Positions 40,027-52,344 of a stretch of 64,000 nucleotides of DNA are shown in pieces. The translations under genes were made by a program, and so were the position numbers. Position 1 is the stretch's first letter; the number at the start of each line of letters is the position of its first letter. The DNA is taken from NCBI GenBank assembly GCA_053919585.1, contig CM132814.1. One strand, written 5' to 3'. The notes beneath the pieces were generated by a model, which was not told the origin of the DNA, made no database searches, and saw only the letters and a program-made list of their open reading frames with translations. Source of the DNA: Euprymna scolopes (lineage: Eukaryota).

Positions 40027-42005
40027 TAGCAGAAGTACCCGTAATTGACTGGGTTCAAAAACAGCCTACAGAAAATGGACTGTGATTGATGAAAGTATGA
40101 TAGGTTATGAAAAGGTGGGGGTTGTAAAGAGATAGGTTTTGATACTCAAAAATTTTACTCTCAGCGAAATATGATGAAAGTAAAGATAATTTTTGCGAAA
40201 ATATATTTTTTTGTATCCACTTTGTTCCCATTCATAGCCAAGAGTGACCAACAAAATGATGTTTTCTTACAAAGAGAAAATGATATATATATAATATGAA
40301 TATACAAGAAACAAATGTTAACATAGTAAATAAAAGTTACTTTTATGGTAGAAAAGTTCATTGGTTTGTATTTTCACAAACCGGTTAAAAAAAAAATCAA
40401 AATGGTAGCGACTTTGAAATGGAGAGCTCCCTTTTCAATTTGAAGGAGGGGCACCTGGGCATTCTTTGTTAACAATTTAAGAGAGTTCCATCAACGTAAG
40501 GAATATTTATAAACATATTTTAATGTTTTCAGTTATTTTGTGCTTGAGGAATATTCGATTATGGTATATGTAGTTTATATAAAAATTCATTTAAGTAGTC
40601 ATCACCTCAAATTTTGTTTTAATTTCGGTTCGCTGAAATTATTTCAAGTAAAGAGCATTAAAAACTATTTAAAAAAAAACAAAAAAAATATAAACTGAAC
40701 TTTTATTGGCTATGGTAACATTTATTTCTTGTATATTTATTTTTTTCAGGTAGTCGTTTGTTCGCTTTTCTGCTAAACACTCTTACTAAATAATATCGAC
40801 GAAATATCGATAAACAAAGAAACAAAAACAGTTTTGAAAAATAATGAAGCTTTACTTAGTTTAGTAAAATAATCCGAAACAGCAAAATGGGATATTAAAA
40901 AGTAAACGCGTAATTACTTTAGTTTTTTAAAGCAAAGAATCGATATAAATATGAATAAGAGGAAAATGGCGCCCTTTTCAAGCAGGACAGCTTCGTTTCA
41001 GTTTTACAGTATTGAACGGTGTAGTATTGTGCCGTCGGATTCAGGGTTATACTATTGTAATGTAAAGAACATGCAGAAAGGGTTGTAATCAACTGAATTC
41101 CTTCTAGTACACTGACAAAAAAGGTTAAACAGATATATAAATAAAAATAAAAAGGTTATGCAAATGTTTTTAAAAAGACCCATAATCACGTGAGCAGGAT
41201 TTTTTCCTTCTTTTGACACGATAACAAGTAACGTTCTTATTGTTTATTATTTATCTATTTATCTATTTTCAAAAGAGTGCCACGTGCAAGTGGAGAAGGA
41301 AAAAAAAACAGTTATGCAAAATTTGTGTTGAGAATTGTCTAAAGTTCCGACTTTTTTTTTTGCTTTCACTTTAATAAGAACGTGAATTTATGAGGTGAAT
41401 TTATTCCACACAATATGATTTAACTAAAAAAAATAAATAAAAGCTAACGTGAATTAAGATTAAAGTTAAGTTGTTATTGTGGACCCTAACGCTTTTTAAA
41501 AAACCTTGTTAAACTTTGTGAAATATTTACATTCTATGGAGGTCAGGCGCGAACGAACACCCAATAATTTTATTATACCATATTTCTTCAAACTGAAACA
41601 TAATTATCAAAGTATACTTATGCAAATAGATATGAAAAGTCTTTGTTAAAGTTTGTGCCATATTTCCATGGAGTACAGGCGCGAACGCAGACCCCACAAT
41701 TTTATTATACCATCCTTATTTAAGTTGATACATACTTATCAAAGTATTCTTATGTACATCTATATCAAAAACCCTTGTAAACGTTTTTTTTTTAATTTTT
41801 TATTTTCATACTTTGGGGGCCAGGCGCGAATGCAGACCCCACAATTGTTATGAACAACCGTTCTTCCAGATCAAACATACCCATTCCTGATCCTCGATAC
41901 ATCTTCTATCATTATATGTAATCAGTATTTTAAAATAGTCAACCACATAGGAGCCTATTCGTGACCACACACACGCACACACAGCGTTCAGCTTTATATT
42001 ATAGA
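40026..42005 (-). mobile_element. Non-autonomous Helitron-like element with ~132-bp internal subrepeats
   Basis: Minus strand begins TCTATAATATAAAGC and ends hairpin acccagtcaattacgggt + CTAG^t; both ends are homologous to 57164-57839; subrepeats near 41532, 41664 and 41815. Confidence 0.8.
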
Positions 42006-42050
<45 letters not shown>

Positions 42051-42074
42051 TGTTGAGCTGGATTAAATCCAACG

Positions 42075-42215
42075 ATATGAAATAGAATGTAGGCGGAAAG
42101 ACCTGAATACTCAATGTTTCGCCCGATTTATGCGACCATCCCTCTTGAAAAAGCCCACATAAATCGGACGAAACGTTGAGTATTCAGGTCCTTCCGCCCC
42201 CATTCTATTTCATAT
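42075..42215. repeat. Inverted repeat (58-bp arms, 25-nt spacer) containing a variant Penelope-type hammerhead-like motif
   Basis: Arms 42075-42132 and 42158-42215; ctc-TTGAAAAA-gccc...gg(a/g)c-GAAA-cgtt-gag. Confidence 0.8.
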
Positions 42216-42221
42216 ATATAC

Positions 42222-42252
<31 letters not shown>

Positions 42253-42254
<2 letters not shown>

Positions 42255-42851
42255 AGCAGACTGCCCGGCGTTTCCCGGTTGTAAAATATGCATAAATATT
42301 ATATTTTAATTAATGCAGAATTCTTATTTATTATAAACAAAAATACCGTAGGTATTAAATGTAATGTTAAATTTCATTTAAAAAAACGAAGTAAATAAAA
42401 CGGAAAGAAACTGAGACATGTGCATGCAAGCATTATGTTATTTTTAAAGAGTTCTTGTAAGTAAAAAAAAGTAAATCGAGCTGAGACTGAAACCTAAACA
42501 GTGAGTCAAGTAAAATTACTATAACACCCGCTTGACGTGACTTTTAAAGAGTGTTTGTAAACCAACTCACACTTAACACAAGGAAGCTGTCATATTTCAC
42601 GACGGCACAAACAAATGGAAACATGAAATAGTTGAAAACAGTTGAAAACAAAAAAAAGTCCGGTGGCCTCCCACGTACCAATTTTTAAATTTTTACATCT
42701 TAACAACCCCATTTCCGGATGAAAACGTATTAAAATGTTTTGCACTTGTCTGAATACTCTATATACCAAATTTCAGGGCTATAGATAAAACATTCGTTGA
42801 GTATATAGATTTAAAAGTGTCCTCATACACACATATTCTCACTTTAATAGA
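42253..42851 (-). mobile_element. Non-autonomous Helitron-like element
   Basis: Minus strand a^TCTATTAAAGTGAGAATATGTGTG...ccgggaaacgccggg hairpin...CTAG^t. Confidence 0.75.
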
Positions 42852-42925
42852 TATATACATATGTATAATTATATATATATAATAATATATGTATAATTAT
42901 ATACATATATGCGTAAAATTGACAT

Positions 42926-42978
<53 letters not shown>

Positions 42979-43399
42979 TCTTGGAAGTTGTATAAACTAA
43001 TCATTTATTACCATTTTGGTGTCACATGTGACATTTAAAATTTGCTGGATAGGCAGAAATACTGAAGTCTGCAGGAAATAAGCGCATACAAATATCAGCA
43101 TGAACGAAGGTGTCCATTCAAACGCAAGTTTGCATGCATTCATATAACTGCTTTTATACCCTCATCCATTCACCCCCATTCGTGAGTACACATTCTTCTC
43201 TTGTACACATTCCTCTAAATTCACTCACACAAATGATGAATGCCACTTCTTGACAGAAGTTTGCAATTTCTTTAGATTGATGTTGAGCGACCGTGCACGT
43301 AGGTAGCTCTTCAATCCAAGTTTCACTCTTGCATAATCACTCATAGATGCGGAAGGGGAACTTGCCAATATTTGGTGGTGCCCACATACATGTCTCATT

Positions 43400-43436
<37 letters not shown>

Positions 43437-43787
43437 AAAGAAGCTTTGAATAAAAAAATGCAAAAATAAAAATAAAGAATGCAGTTTAAATTCCCGGAAC
43501 GAAAAAAAAATAGTTTAACTTTAATCTATCGCAGACTTAGCACCTACATAATCCGACTTTTAAAATGTTTATGATGACAAAACAGAACTCATTTATATGA
43601 GGAAGAAAAACAACAACAACAAAAAAAAGCATTTACTAAAACTGTTAGATAGAAATACTTAGCATTTGCATAAGCCGATTTCGCAAAAGTCTTCAATTTT
43701 AAAACAGAATTTAACTACATGAGGATGGAAAGAGAAAATCTTAGCTAAAATTTTGTAATTAGAAAACGGGGATCATCAGCTGCTTAC

Positions 43788-43898
43788 CATGTAGCTGTTT
43801 CGGAGATTTAAAAACAGGACAGCTGTTTAATACATGGCTCTCCAGTCGATAATACCACTTCCCCAATAAAAAAAATGTAAAATAATACGGTACTATTT
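43788..43898 (-). CDS. Candidate 111-nt phase1-phase1 exon: IVPYYFTFFLLGKWYYRLESHVLNSCPVFKSPKQLH
   Basis: Acceptor cttttttttttttcatatattag|, donor CATG|gtaagc, one open frame, in phase with the 38294 candidate exon. Confidence 0.3.
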
Positions 43899-44046
43899 CT
43901 AATATATGAAAAAAAAAAAAGAGATGAATTAAATCATAAAATCTAAAAAGAAAAACTATTAATAAGTTTAAGATTACAAGATCCATTCTGCGGCATGTTA
44001 ACTAGCGTATAATGCTATGAGAATAAAAATGCATAAAAGCTTAAGT

Positions 44047-44178
44047 NNNNNNNNNNNNNNNNNNNNNNNNNNNNNNNNNNNNNNNNNNNNNNNNNNNNNN
44101 NNNNNNNNNNNNNNNNNNNNNNNNNNNNNNNNNNNNNNNNNNNNNNNNNNNNNNNNNNNNNNNNNNNNNNNNNNNNNN
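44047..44178. other. N gap (others: 47479-47619, 57009-57163, 58438-58575, 59879-60114, 60176-60393)
   Basis: Runs of N. Confidence 1.
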
Positions 44179-44376
44179 AGATTGGATACACGATTTTCTT
44201 TTACATATATGGATATCCGTGATTTAAGATGATTGATTTGATGTTTGTGCTCATCATATTTAAATGTGGAAATGAATTTGAAAAACAGTGTGATCTATGA
44301 AGTGTGGGAGGGGGGCACTAAAGAAAACCTTAAATGACGTCATACACTTTATGTTGTCAAGTAAATTTATATCAAA

Positions 44377-44960
44377 CTAGAAGGCTACTCGACGCAGGAT
44401 GGATAAAATTAATTCCTTGAACAGAACCAATTTGCACCACTTTTATGTTGCCTTATGATTAAAATCAAGATATTATGATATTAAGCAGTCTGCGTGGAAC
44501 CTTCATTTCAATTTTATTTAAAATTCATTATATAATTTAGTATTGTAGGAAATGTCTAAAATTTAAAACTTAAAACTTCTTAACAAGAAAATGAAATTCG
44601 GAGAATCTTGCTTAATTGGTGTCTAATGACTATGGATCAATTTTAATGCAGATTTAAAATGTTTCAATTTTTAATGTGCCCTTTGTAAATTCTTTAAAAT
44701 ATTCCAAAGAAACCGAAATTTTCGGAATATTTATTAATTGATATCTAATATTTATTCTTTAGATTTCACAAAAATCGATGTTACCTTAATTTTCATGAAG
44801 AGATTCTACTTCCTTTTTTATCCACTTTGAATATAACTAAATATAGCACACATTACGATCCCTTACATCTAGCAGTAGTTTTCTAAGATTTATAATGATC
44901 GGTTTATTAGTTAAGGCGTTAATCCTGTACATAGAAATATACATATACTTAACTTTACAT
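44377..44960 (-). mobile_element. Degenerate Helitron-like element (family of 411-1082 and 62328-62590)
   Basis: ACTAG end; aligned blocks with the other two copies; holds a single copy of the 30-bp minisatellite unit at 44612-44641. Confidence 0.6.
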
Positions 44961-46953
44961 AACTGTTTCAACTTTTTCAGTTATATAGCAGGACCCTTCT
45001 CCAGAGCAAAGATTGCAAACTAATTGAATTGCTAAAATTTGTTTATGTTTGTACATACGTGTGCACTCCTCCTCAGTGAGGAAATTCACCTGGAACCTTG
45101 TTTGTTTTTTGTTTTTTGCATGCACTTGTGAACTGGTATTATTTCAGAGCAATAGTAAAGAAAACGTTAGTAAAGAAATATGTTCGTTTTGTAAATTAGT
45201 GAAATTGTAATTCTTTTGTTTTACGAAGCGCTAAGTTAAGAATGTTATGGGAAAAAATGTAATTCCTGCTTTCAACTTGAATTACTTTTCTTCCTAGATG
45301 ATGAAAAATGAAATTGTCAGCCCCCAGAGCTGTCCATAAAAAGAGCAGTAAGCGCCCCTAGTTTCCACACAAAAAAAGATTAAATAGTATTTTAAAATAC
45401 AGTATCTATTTTTGTTGTCTTTCATTGAGAAGTCCTCCTAGACCGAGTTAACAATAAATATGTCCGGAATAAGTATTCTAAAATGTTGAAACTGCTTGTT
45501 TTTCGTTATTTCCAATCTTTCCTTATTTTAGAAATCCTCATAGACTGAGGTAATTATTAATGTTATTGAATTCAGTGACTCTCATAAAAAAAATTATTTC
45601 AGCATAAAAAAAATAATGAAAATGCAAAACTAATATTCTGTTTTACATCATGGATGCCTTTAAAGCAACGTTCAAATGGCGTAGCTATTTGTAAGGTGCA
45701 TACGTACATGCGTTGTTCATAATAATCGTAAGAGTCAAATAAAGACAAGAATTTCAATTCATTGTCTGTGAAGGAAATAAAAAATATTTAAAAAATACAG
45801 TGCAATGACAAAGAATAATTTTTAACAGAAAAATGAGTTAAAATTAAGTTCCATTTGGGTTTACATTTACATCAACTTTTGTTTGTGCCTTACGATGAAT
45901 ACCCTGGAGAAATCATTTCTGATTAATGATAACTAGTTGCGAAATGTAACTGCAACAGTTTGGTAGAAGTTACACAGAAATTATATTGGCAACGATTTGT
46001 GGTTAATGCTCAATCTTATTGAATCCCCGTCAAGGGATAATATGAAACATAGTTATTGCGTTTGTTATACGGAAAAAAAAACAAACTCACAGTATTTCTG
46101 TCTTTGTTGTGATATGACTGAGAAAGTTTAGAAAAAGAATGGTTTCAACGTAAATGATTAGTAGAGAAAAACAGTGAAAGTGTTAAGCTGGTATTCATGT
46201 GAAACTGACTAGCAGCCAGCGAGAAAAACAACTTCATCATTTACTTACAGGCGTTAAAGAATTCGTAACTCTGGTCGATATGAAAAGTCATATATTCAGA
46301 GGAAATGAACAGTTTTGTAATATATGCTTCAAAGAAAGTAATAAAACTGTGCGTATTGTTTGTGGTAAGCAGTTAGAAAGTCTGTTTCGTATTGCTATGT
46401 GTGGTAAGCGGAGGGTTTTATGTTTTTGTCGAACGGAATAAGGAGGGAAGCCATATTGAATTTTAGTAAAATCATTCTGAATGTGTTCGAAAAATTGCAA
46501 TCTCTTAAACCGTGGAACGAATCTGGGCAGCGAATCAAAGTGCTGGAAGCAAAAAAAAAAAAAAAAAAAAAAAAAACTAAATGAAAGGAAGAATGAGTAC
46601 TAGCCGACTGTTAAGAAAACGAAACGATAAAATAAAATAATCACGAACACATGTAATATGAACCCTATGACATTTATAAATGGTTTAAACTGAGATAAGA
46701 GGAGGACATAATAATGAGTGAGGAAGTATCTTGAGGAAGTATACCTGTAAGTATGACTTGTTTGGGAGAGTGATTCTCCTCGGAATTATTTAGTATATTT
46801 AGTATATTGAATTAAATTGAGGGATAATAACCGAAAAACATGCATCATATATTGGCAGGTAATGTGGTCATAGTGAATGTATATGTGGCGTCTGTTTTTA
46901 TTGCTATAATATTTTTTTATAGAAGGGAAAATTGTATCTATTTTATATATATA

Positions 46954-47300
46954 CTAGTAGGAGAGGGAGGTTACGGCCTTGCCGAGCCATAAAATATGTT
47001 TAAATATACTTTAATTCATGCAGATTTCATATTTGTTATTACAGAGCCAATTCTCTATTGAATATTATATTGTACCTAATATTTAGTAGTGATTTCAAAA
47101 GTTAAAAAACAATGACTTGGGTGCCATCAGCGAAAATTGAAAACAGAACATTTAGTGCTCCATCCAAACAAATATTTTACTTGTTATAAACTATCATTCA
47201 TATATGATTATTATTTCCTGTTAATTTCAGTGTTATGTGACCAGTAGTTTAAGAGTTTATCGGTTAAATATTAACACACAGGCGCACATGCACATTTACT

Positions 47301-47310
<10 letters not shown>
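46954..47310 (-). mobile_element. Degenerate Helitron-like element related to 42253-42851
   Basis: ACTAG, cggccttgccg hairpin, then taaaatatg...tttaattcatgcaga as in the 42253 copy. Confidence 0.5.
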
Positions 47311-47353
<43 letters not shown>

Positions 47354-47393
47354 GTTTTCGTTAAAATATATAGCTTAGATAAATGGAAAATTT

Positions 47394-47434
<41 letters not shown>

Positions 47435-48098
47435 TGTGTTTGTGTGTGTGAAGGATTTTTCATTTATCTAAGCTATATNNNNNNNNNNNNNNNNNNNNNN
47501 NNNNNNNNNNNNNNNNNNNNNNNNNNNNNNNNNNNNNNNNNNNNNNNNNNNNNNNNNNNNNNNNNNNNNNNNNNNNNNNNNNNNNNNNNNNNNNNNNNNN
47601 NNNNNNNNNNNNNNNNNNNAAACATAATTTTGCAGTTTATTTTCTGCTACCACGTTCATAATGTTCAATATGGTGGATAGAAAAATATCATGAGTTTCAC
47701 ACATTGTCATCATTGATTCTTTTGTTATTTATTATCTGGGTGGCCATAATGAGAATGAAACTGGTTTGTAAGACAAGTTTGTTAACCCACCCACTATTGA
47801 CCTTAGAAAAATTAGAGTACGACTAATTTTGACCTGAAAAAATATTTGCTTTTTTGAAAAGGTTACCGACTAAATGTTGGCCGTTGTTGTATCATGCAAT
47901 TAAATGTTAAAATGTTTAGGGAGCAAAAACAAGTTGGATATTTGAGGTTTTTCTGAAATTATGATTAACTGTTTGTAGAAATCATCTATCATTATCAAAT
48001 CTAAAATGCTTAAGCTTCCAGGGAGTGCTATTGTTTTTTGTTTTTTTCTAAAGGAATCACCATTAACCTAGGCCAAATATTATTCGAGGACAAGGGTT

Positions 48099-48330
48099 AA
48101 CGATGTGGAATGGTTGTCAATTGAGATAAAGAGCCTTATGAGAGGTTAAAAAAGATTTATGGAATGGACTAAGCTGGAATTATCAGTTGAGACGGTTCAT
48201 AACAGGAATCTCTTGATCTTCGATTTGAAGGTGATGATGATGTAACCTGCAGGGAAGCAGTCCCAGGGTAATTGAAAGCCCTTGAAAAGAAGCTCCGTTT
48301 GTGGACATTTCGTTTGATACTAGGCACACA
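48099..48330 (+). pseudogene. Decayed hAT (Charlie/Buster-like) transposase fragment
   Basis: DVEWLSIEIKSLMR (cf. EVRWLSRGKxLxR) and SLDLRFEG...LKALEKKLRLWTFRL (cf. LNLxLQG...IKAFxKKLxLW); contains stops and frameshifts. Confidence 0.45.
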
Positions 48331-48428
48331 TAAGAAAAAGTGAAAGTTTTTCTCATTAGTAATAAAGCGAGTTCTTTCTGTGAATGCTTTACAAGAAAGA
48401 ATTAGAGATTGGAGCTCAGTTGAACATA

Positions 48429-48472
<44 letters not shown>

Positions 48473-48523
48473 GAGAGAGAGAGAGTGTTTAAAAAAAGAT
48501 GAAATGGAGACAATATTTGTCAA

Positions 48524-49289
48524 CTAGTAGGACCTCATGGAAATTCCATGGCGATTTCTACATCAATCTGTATAATTTCTTGTAAATAATAATAATACTT
48601 AATAATATATATCAAGGTTAATATTATTAATAAAAATATGACCCTTTCTTATTCCATAAAAGTAATCGTCAGCTAAATATTTTTCAAATCTATAATATAA
48701 CCACTCTTTGAAATGTATTTCTTTAAAATTGTACTGTTTTAGTCTATGGAACGACAGAATTCAACCTTGGAACAATATATTATAAAATAGGAAAAGTCAG
48801 AATTTATTCTAATTTAGTGATATCAAATTAATTAACAATGACTATTGGAGGCCCTTACCTCTTTTGTTCAATGTTTGTGAACGGTGATAATTTTGTATGA
48901 ACAAGGAATACGTTAGCATATTATATATATTTTTCATGTTTTTTTTTTAGATATCTACTTGAAGCATTCCTTTCAACAGTATTTTCATCTTTCAACTGAA
49001 ATCGACGGCAGAACTCTCTATCTTTCTTCCGCATTTAAACCAATGTTTAGTTGTATAGAAACGAATTCACATCTTACACATTCTTACATTTGTATTTTTT
49101 TCACTATTTCACACAATCACATTTTCCAAGGATATTATATCATGAGTCACGCGCAAACGCAGCAGTGACTGAAATGAATGAGAACTTCTGTGTACTACCA
49201 TGGCTACCGAGAAAGTAGGCTAGTGAATGTGACGTCATTTTCTGATCAACTGTAGACTGAAAATTGACAGAGATATTGTGTAGGGAAAT

Positions 49290-49363
<74 letters not shown>

Positions 49364-49378
49364 TTATAGATATATAGA
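48524..49378 (-). mobile_element. Non-autonomous Helitron-like element with (TG)n near its 5' end
   Basis: Minus strand a^TCTATATATCTATAAAAG(TG)n...catggaatttccatg hairpin...CTAG^t; AT target site. Confidence 0.7.
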
Positions 49379-50150
49379 TTAGATTGTATATTGCTTTAAA
49401 ATTACGTAATTTTACATAATATTTATATTTTATATTAAATAAAGTTCAGTTTCATTATTAATCGAATTGGGTTCCTTTTATTTTCTTTTTTAACATGTTT
49501 TAAATCTTTTTAAAAATGCCCTCATATAGTATCGACAGTGATAGTTTGAAAAATCTTACCTACATTGCCAGCAGGCATTTTTCAGGCCTTCTATATCTCG
49601 GTGGTCGTGGTACTACTGCTTCAATACCTATTACAATTTTTATTTCTATATTTCAGAAAATAAAGTAAAACGTCTTTGTTGTTTATGAGTGTCCAGCATT
49701 AATGCAAAATTCACAACATTATTATAAAAGCATCTAATACAAAATTAGTAGCACTATTGAATTCCTATAAAAATTAACTCAAGAAAAGTTATTTTTGATT
49801 TTGAAATAGAGTATTATTTTCAATTGCACCATCAGACAAAGACATCATATTTTATAGATATATTTGGCGCATAGTTTTTATTGTCTGTATATGTTTTCAG
49901 ATATAAAAAAATATTGATTTTTAAACAAACGCAAATACTATGTGTTTATCAAATGAGTCAAAGATGGTGAAACTAATGTATTTTACTTTAATCTTTACAT
50001 AATTATTGAATGGAAATTACTTTAAAAACGAAGATTTTTCATATTTACCATTAATGTTAAATCATTAAAGTTTAATTCTTATTTCACACACCTAAATTAG
50101 CAGAATGGGTTTCATCTTAGTTTAATAATGGACATTTCTTATTTCGCTTC

Positions 50151-50249
50151 TTTTGAGTGCATGGATATGTGTGTAGAGTTAACTTTTGAGTGCATGGATA
50201 TGTGTGTAGAGTTAACTTTTGAGTGCATGGATATGTGTGTAGAGTTAAC
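50151..50249. repeat. 33-bp tandem repeat x3
   Basis: ttttgagtgcatggatatgtgtgtagagttaac repeated exactly three times. Confidence 0.95.
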
Positions 50250-50259
50250 TCCAAAAACG

Positions 50260-50582
50260 ATCAAATGCAGTGTTTTGTGCATGGTTATTATTTTCCTATT
50301 TTTTTGATCCAGTTCTTGTCTTGTCCAATTTATAAAATGTCCAAAGTATTTTACTATAGATATAAGTATAGTATTTATTCCTTTAATTAGGTTTCTACTA
50401 TATAACTTTGTTTTCAAAAGTTTTCTTGTTCTCAAGTATTCTGTACTTACCATCATTTTCATATTTAGTGATACTTAGATATGTGTTCTCACATCTCGAT
50501 TGGGTAATTCTATGTCATCAATTGTTGTTTTCCCATCTTCATCTCATGCAGTGCATATTTTTCCATTCTGAACTGCATTCTT
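50260..50582 (-). pseudogene. Decayed R4/Dong-clade LINE reverse-transcriptase fragment
   Basis: GMQFRMEKYA...IELPNRDVRT...EYLRTRKLLKTKLYSRNLIKGINT...WTRQELDQKNRKIITMHKTLH matches the post-RT region EYxRRxRKLLxxKL...NxIKxINTWAVP...WTxxEL..D.RTRKLMTMH of R4/Dong-type elements. Confidence 0.8.
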
Positions 50583-50889
50583 AGAAGCTGACTAAAAATT
50601 CTAGTTGTGGTCATGTTTAAAACCTGACTAAAAATTCGAGTTGTTTAGAAGTATTTCTATATATTCATTGGTTACACGTTCACCAAGTGTTTCTAGCTTC
50701 TTTTACGTTTTTGCAAATAGGTAATAAAGACCATGTAAAATATAACTCGTTGTTATGGCGGTTTTTGTGGTTTAAACAAATAAGAAGGTATGTGTGCCTT
50801 TTGGTCTGTGACAAGCAGACATATTGCTATCCGTTTGATTGTAAGAAAAGCTGTCTATAATAGTTTATGTGTCACGGTTGTTAACTACT

Positions 50890-51028
50890 GTATAGAAATA
50901 TTCATCATGTTCTGCATGTATATAAAATGTTCATTGTGAGTGCGGGCATTTCTTCACAATGTGAAGAAATGCCCGCACTGACAATAAACATTTTATATAC
51001 ATGCAGAACATGATGAATATTTCTATAC
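50890..51028. repeat. 139-bp near-perfect palindrome (69-bp arms, 1-nt centre, 2 mismatches)
   Basis: gtatagaaatattcatcatg...ttcaca a tgtgaa...catgatgaatatttctatac. Confidence 0.95.
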
Positions 51029-51130
51029 TCCGTGTTCATTACGCATTCATTAGAAAAGACAAAGACACTGTTATGGACACCACTAGACGATACACAAGCC
51101 CATGTAATATATAATGATAACATGTAAGAA

Positions 51131-51195
<65 letters not shown>

Positions 51196-51237
51196 GAGAG
51201 AGAGAGAGAACCAGACTATATAACAGTAGATATAGAA

Positions 51238-51411
51238 CAAACAATGTAGAGGGGTCAGTTGGAAGGGTAGGCCAAGGAAAACATGAGAGGAGGTGATAAG
51301 GATGGACTTAAGGGATAAATAATGACCTAGCGAGAGAAGAGTTAGTAAGGAGGTCAATTTCTAAAAGGGTCAAAACATATAAACTGAACATGATGATGAT
51401 GATGATGATGA
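51238..51411 (+). pseudogene. Decayed 3' end of an RTE-type LINE with (GAT)n tail
   Basis: VEGSVG-RGRPRKT*EEVIRMDL-like translation (frameshifted) followed by (gat)n; a weaker relative lies at ~62130-62310. Confidence 0.55.
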
Positions 51412-52344
51412 TTTAGTGTAAACTGTAAAAAAATATAGAATCATTCATTTATTTTTCTGTAGTTGATTTGTAAATGATAAAGCAAGAGTTCGAGTTTAAA
51501 AGCCCTTTAAAAAGACATTCATTTTAAGTTCAGGATTGGCTTTTGAATTTGTACGCAAAAACGAATTTACAAATGTCAGATGGATGTCATGGTGAAAATA
51601 GAGGAAGCCATTGGATTGGTTGTTGTCGTGTTAATGTTGCTTAAATATCAGCTCACACAATACACAATAGACCATTAAGGCGAAAATTATACTACATATA
51701 TAAAAATATACATATATACAAACGATTTTCATAATGTATCGTTTAAAGTAATTAAATTGTATGCTTAAAATTGAAATTCCAATACAAATAAAAAAAAATA
51801 CAATTTAAATAATGGAATTAATTGAGTCAATTAAACTTAATGGCATTCGATTGAATGGAATATTTTACATATTAACAGAATAAGAATAAATCCGTTTCTT
51901 AAAAAATGTAATTTTTAAAATAATGAATTTACTCATTTGTTTAGTTTTGTATAGGAATGGATGTTAGACAAATTAATGAATTATTTTTTAGAGAAGGAAC
52001 CGCAATCAAATCTTTTTAACCAATGATAGAAGTATTAATGTTTCGAAATTTTGAGATGAGGACTGATAATTTGGATTATTCAGACTACTATCCTCACCGT
52101 TGATATTATTTTCACAACGGATGTACACACAGGGGAGACATGTCATTCACTAAAATTAAGGCTTTTTAGCCTTTCTCCTAGTGGGTAGCATGAACACCAG
52201 GAAACGATAATGTGTGAAAAGTCAGGTGTGGCTGATCACATATGGGGGGAAAAGCAACATTTATGTTGAGCAACAATGCTCACCTAAAGAGACCTATTAT
52301 AGAATTTAATACAATATGGGGACCTTATGAGAACACAATTATCT

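Noticed and set aside
43140-43402. 57-codon minus-strand frame MRHVCGHHQ...KKWHSSFV
   Set aside because: No recognisable motif or splice signals; abuts a microsatellite; probably a decayed repeat.
46199-46441. ORF with a CxxC motif (FCNICF)
   Set aside because: GTG start, no complete zinc-finger pattern, no family recognised.
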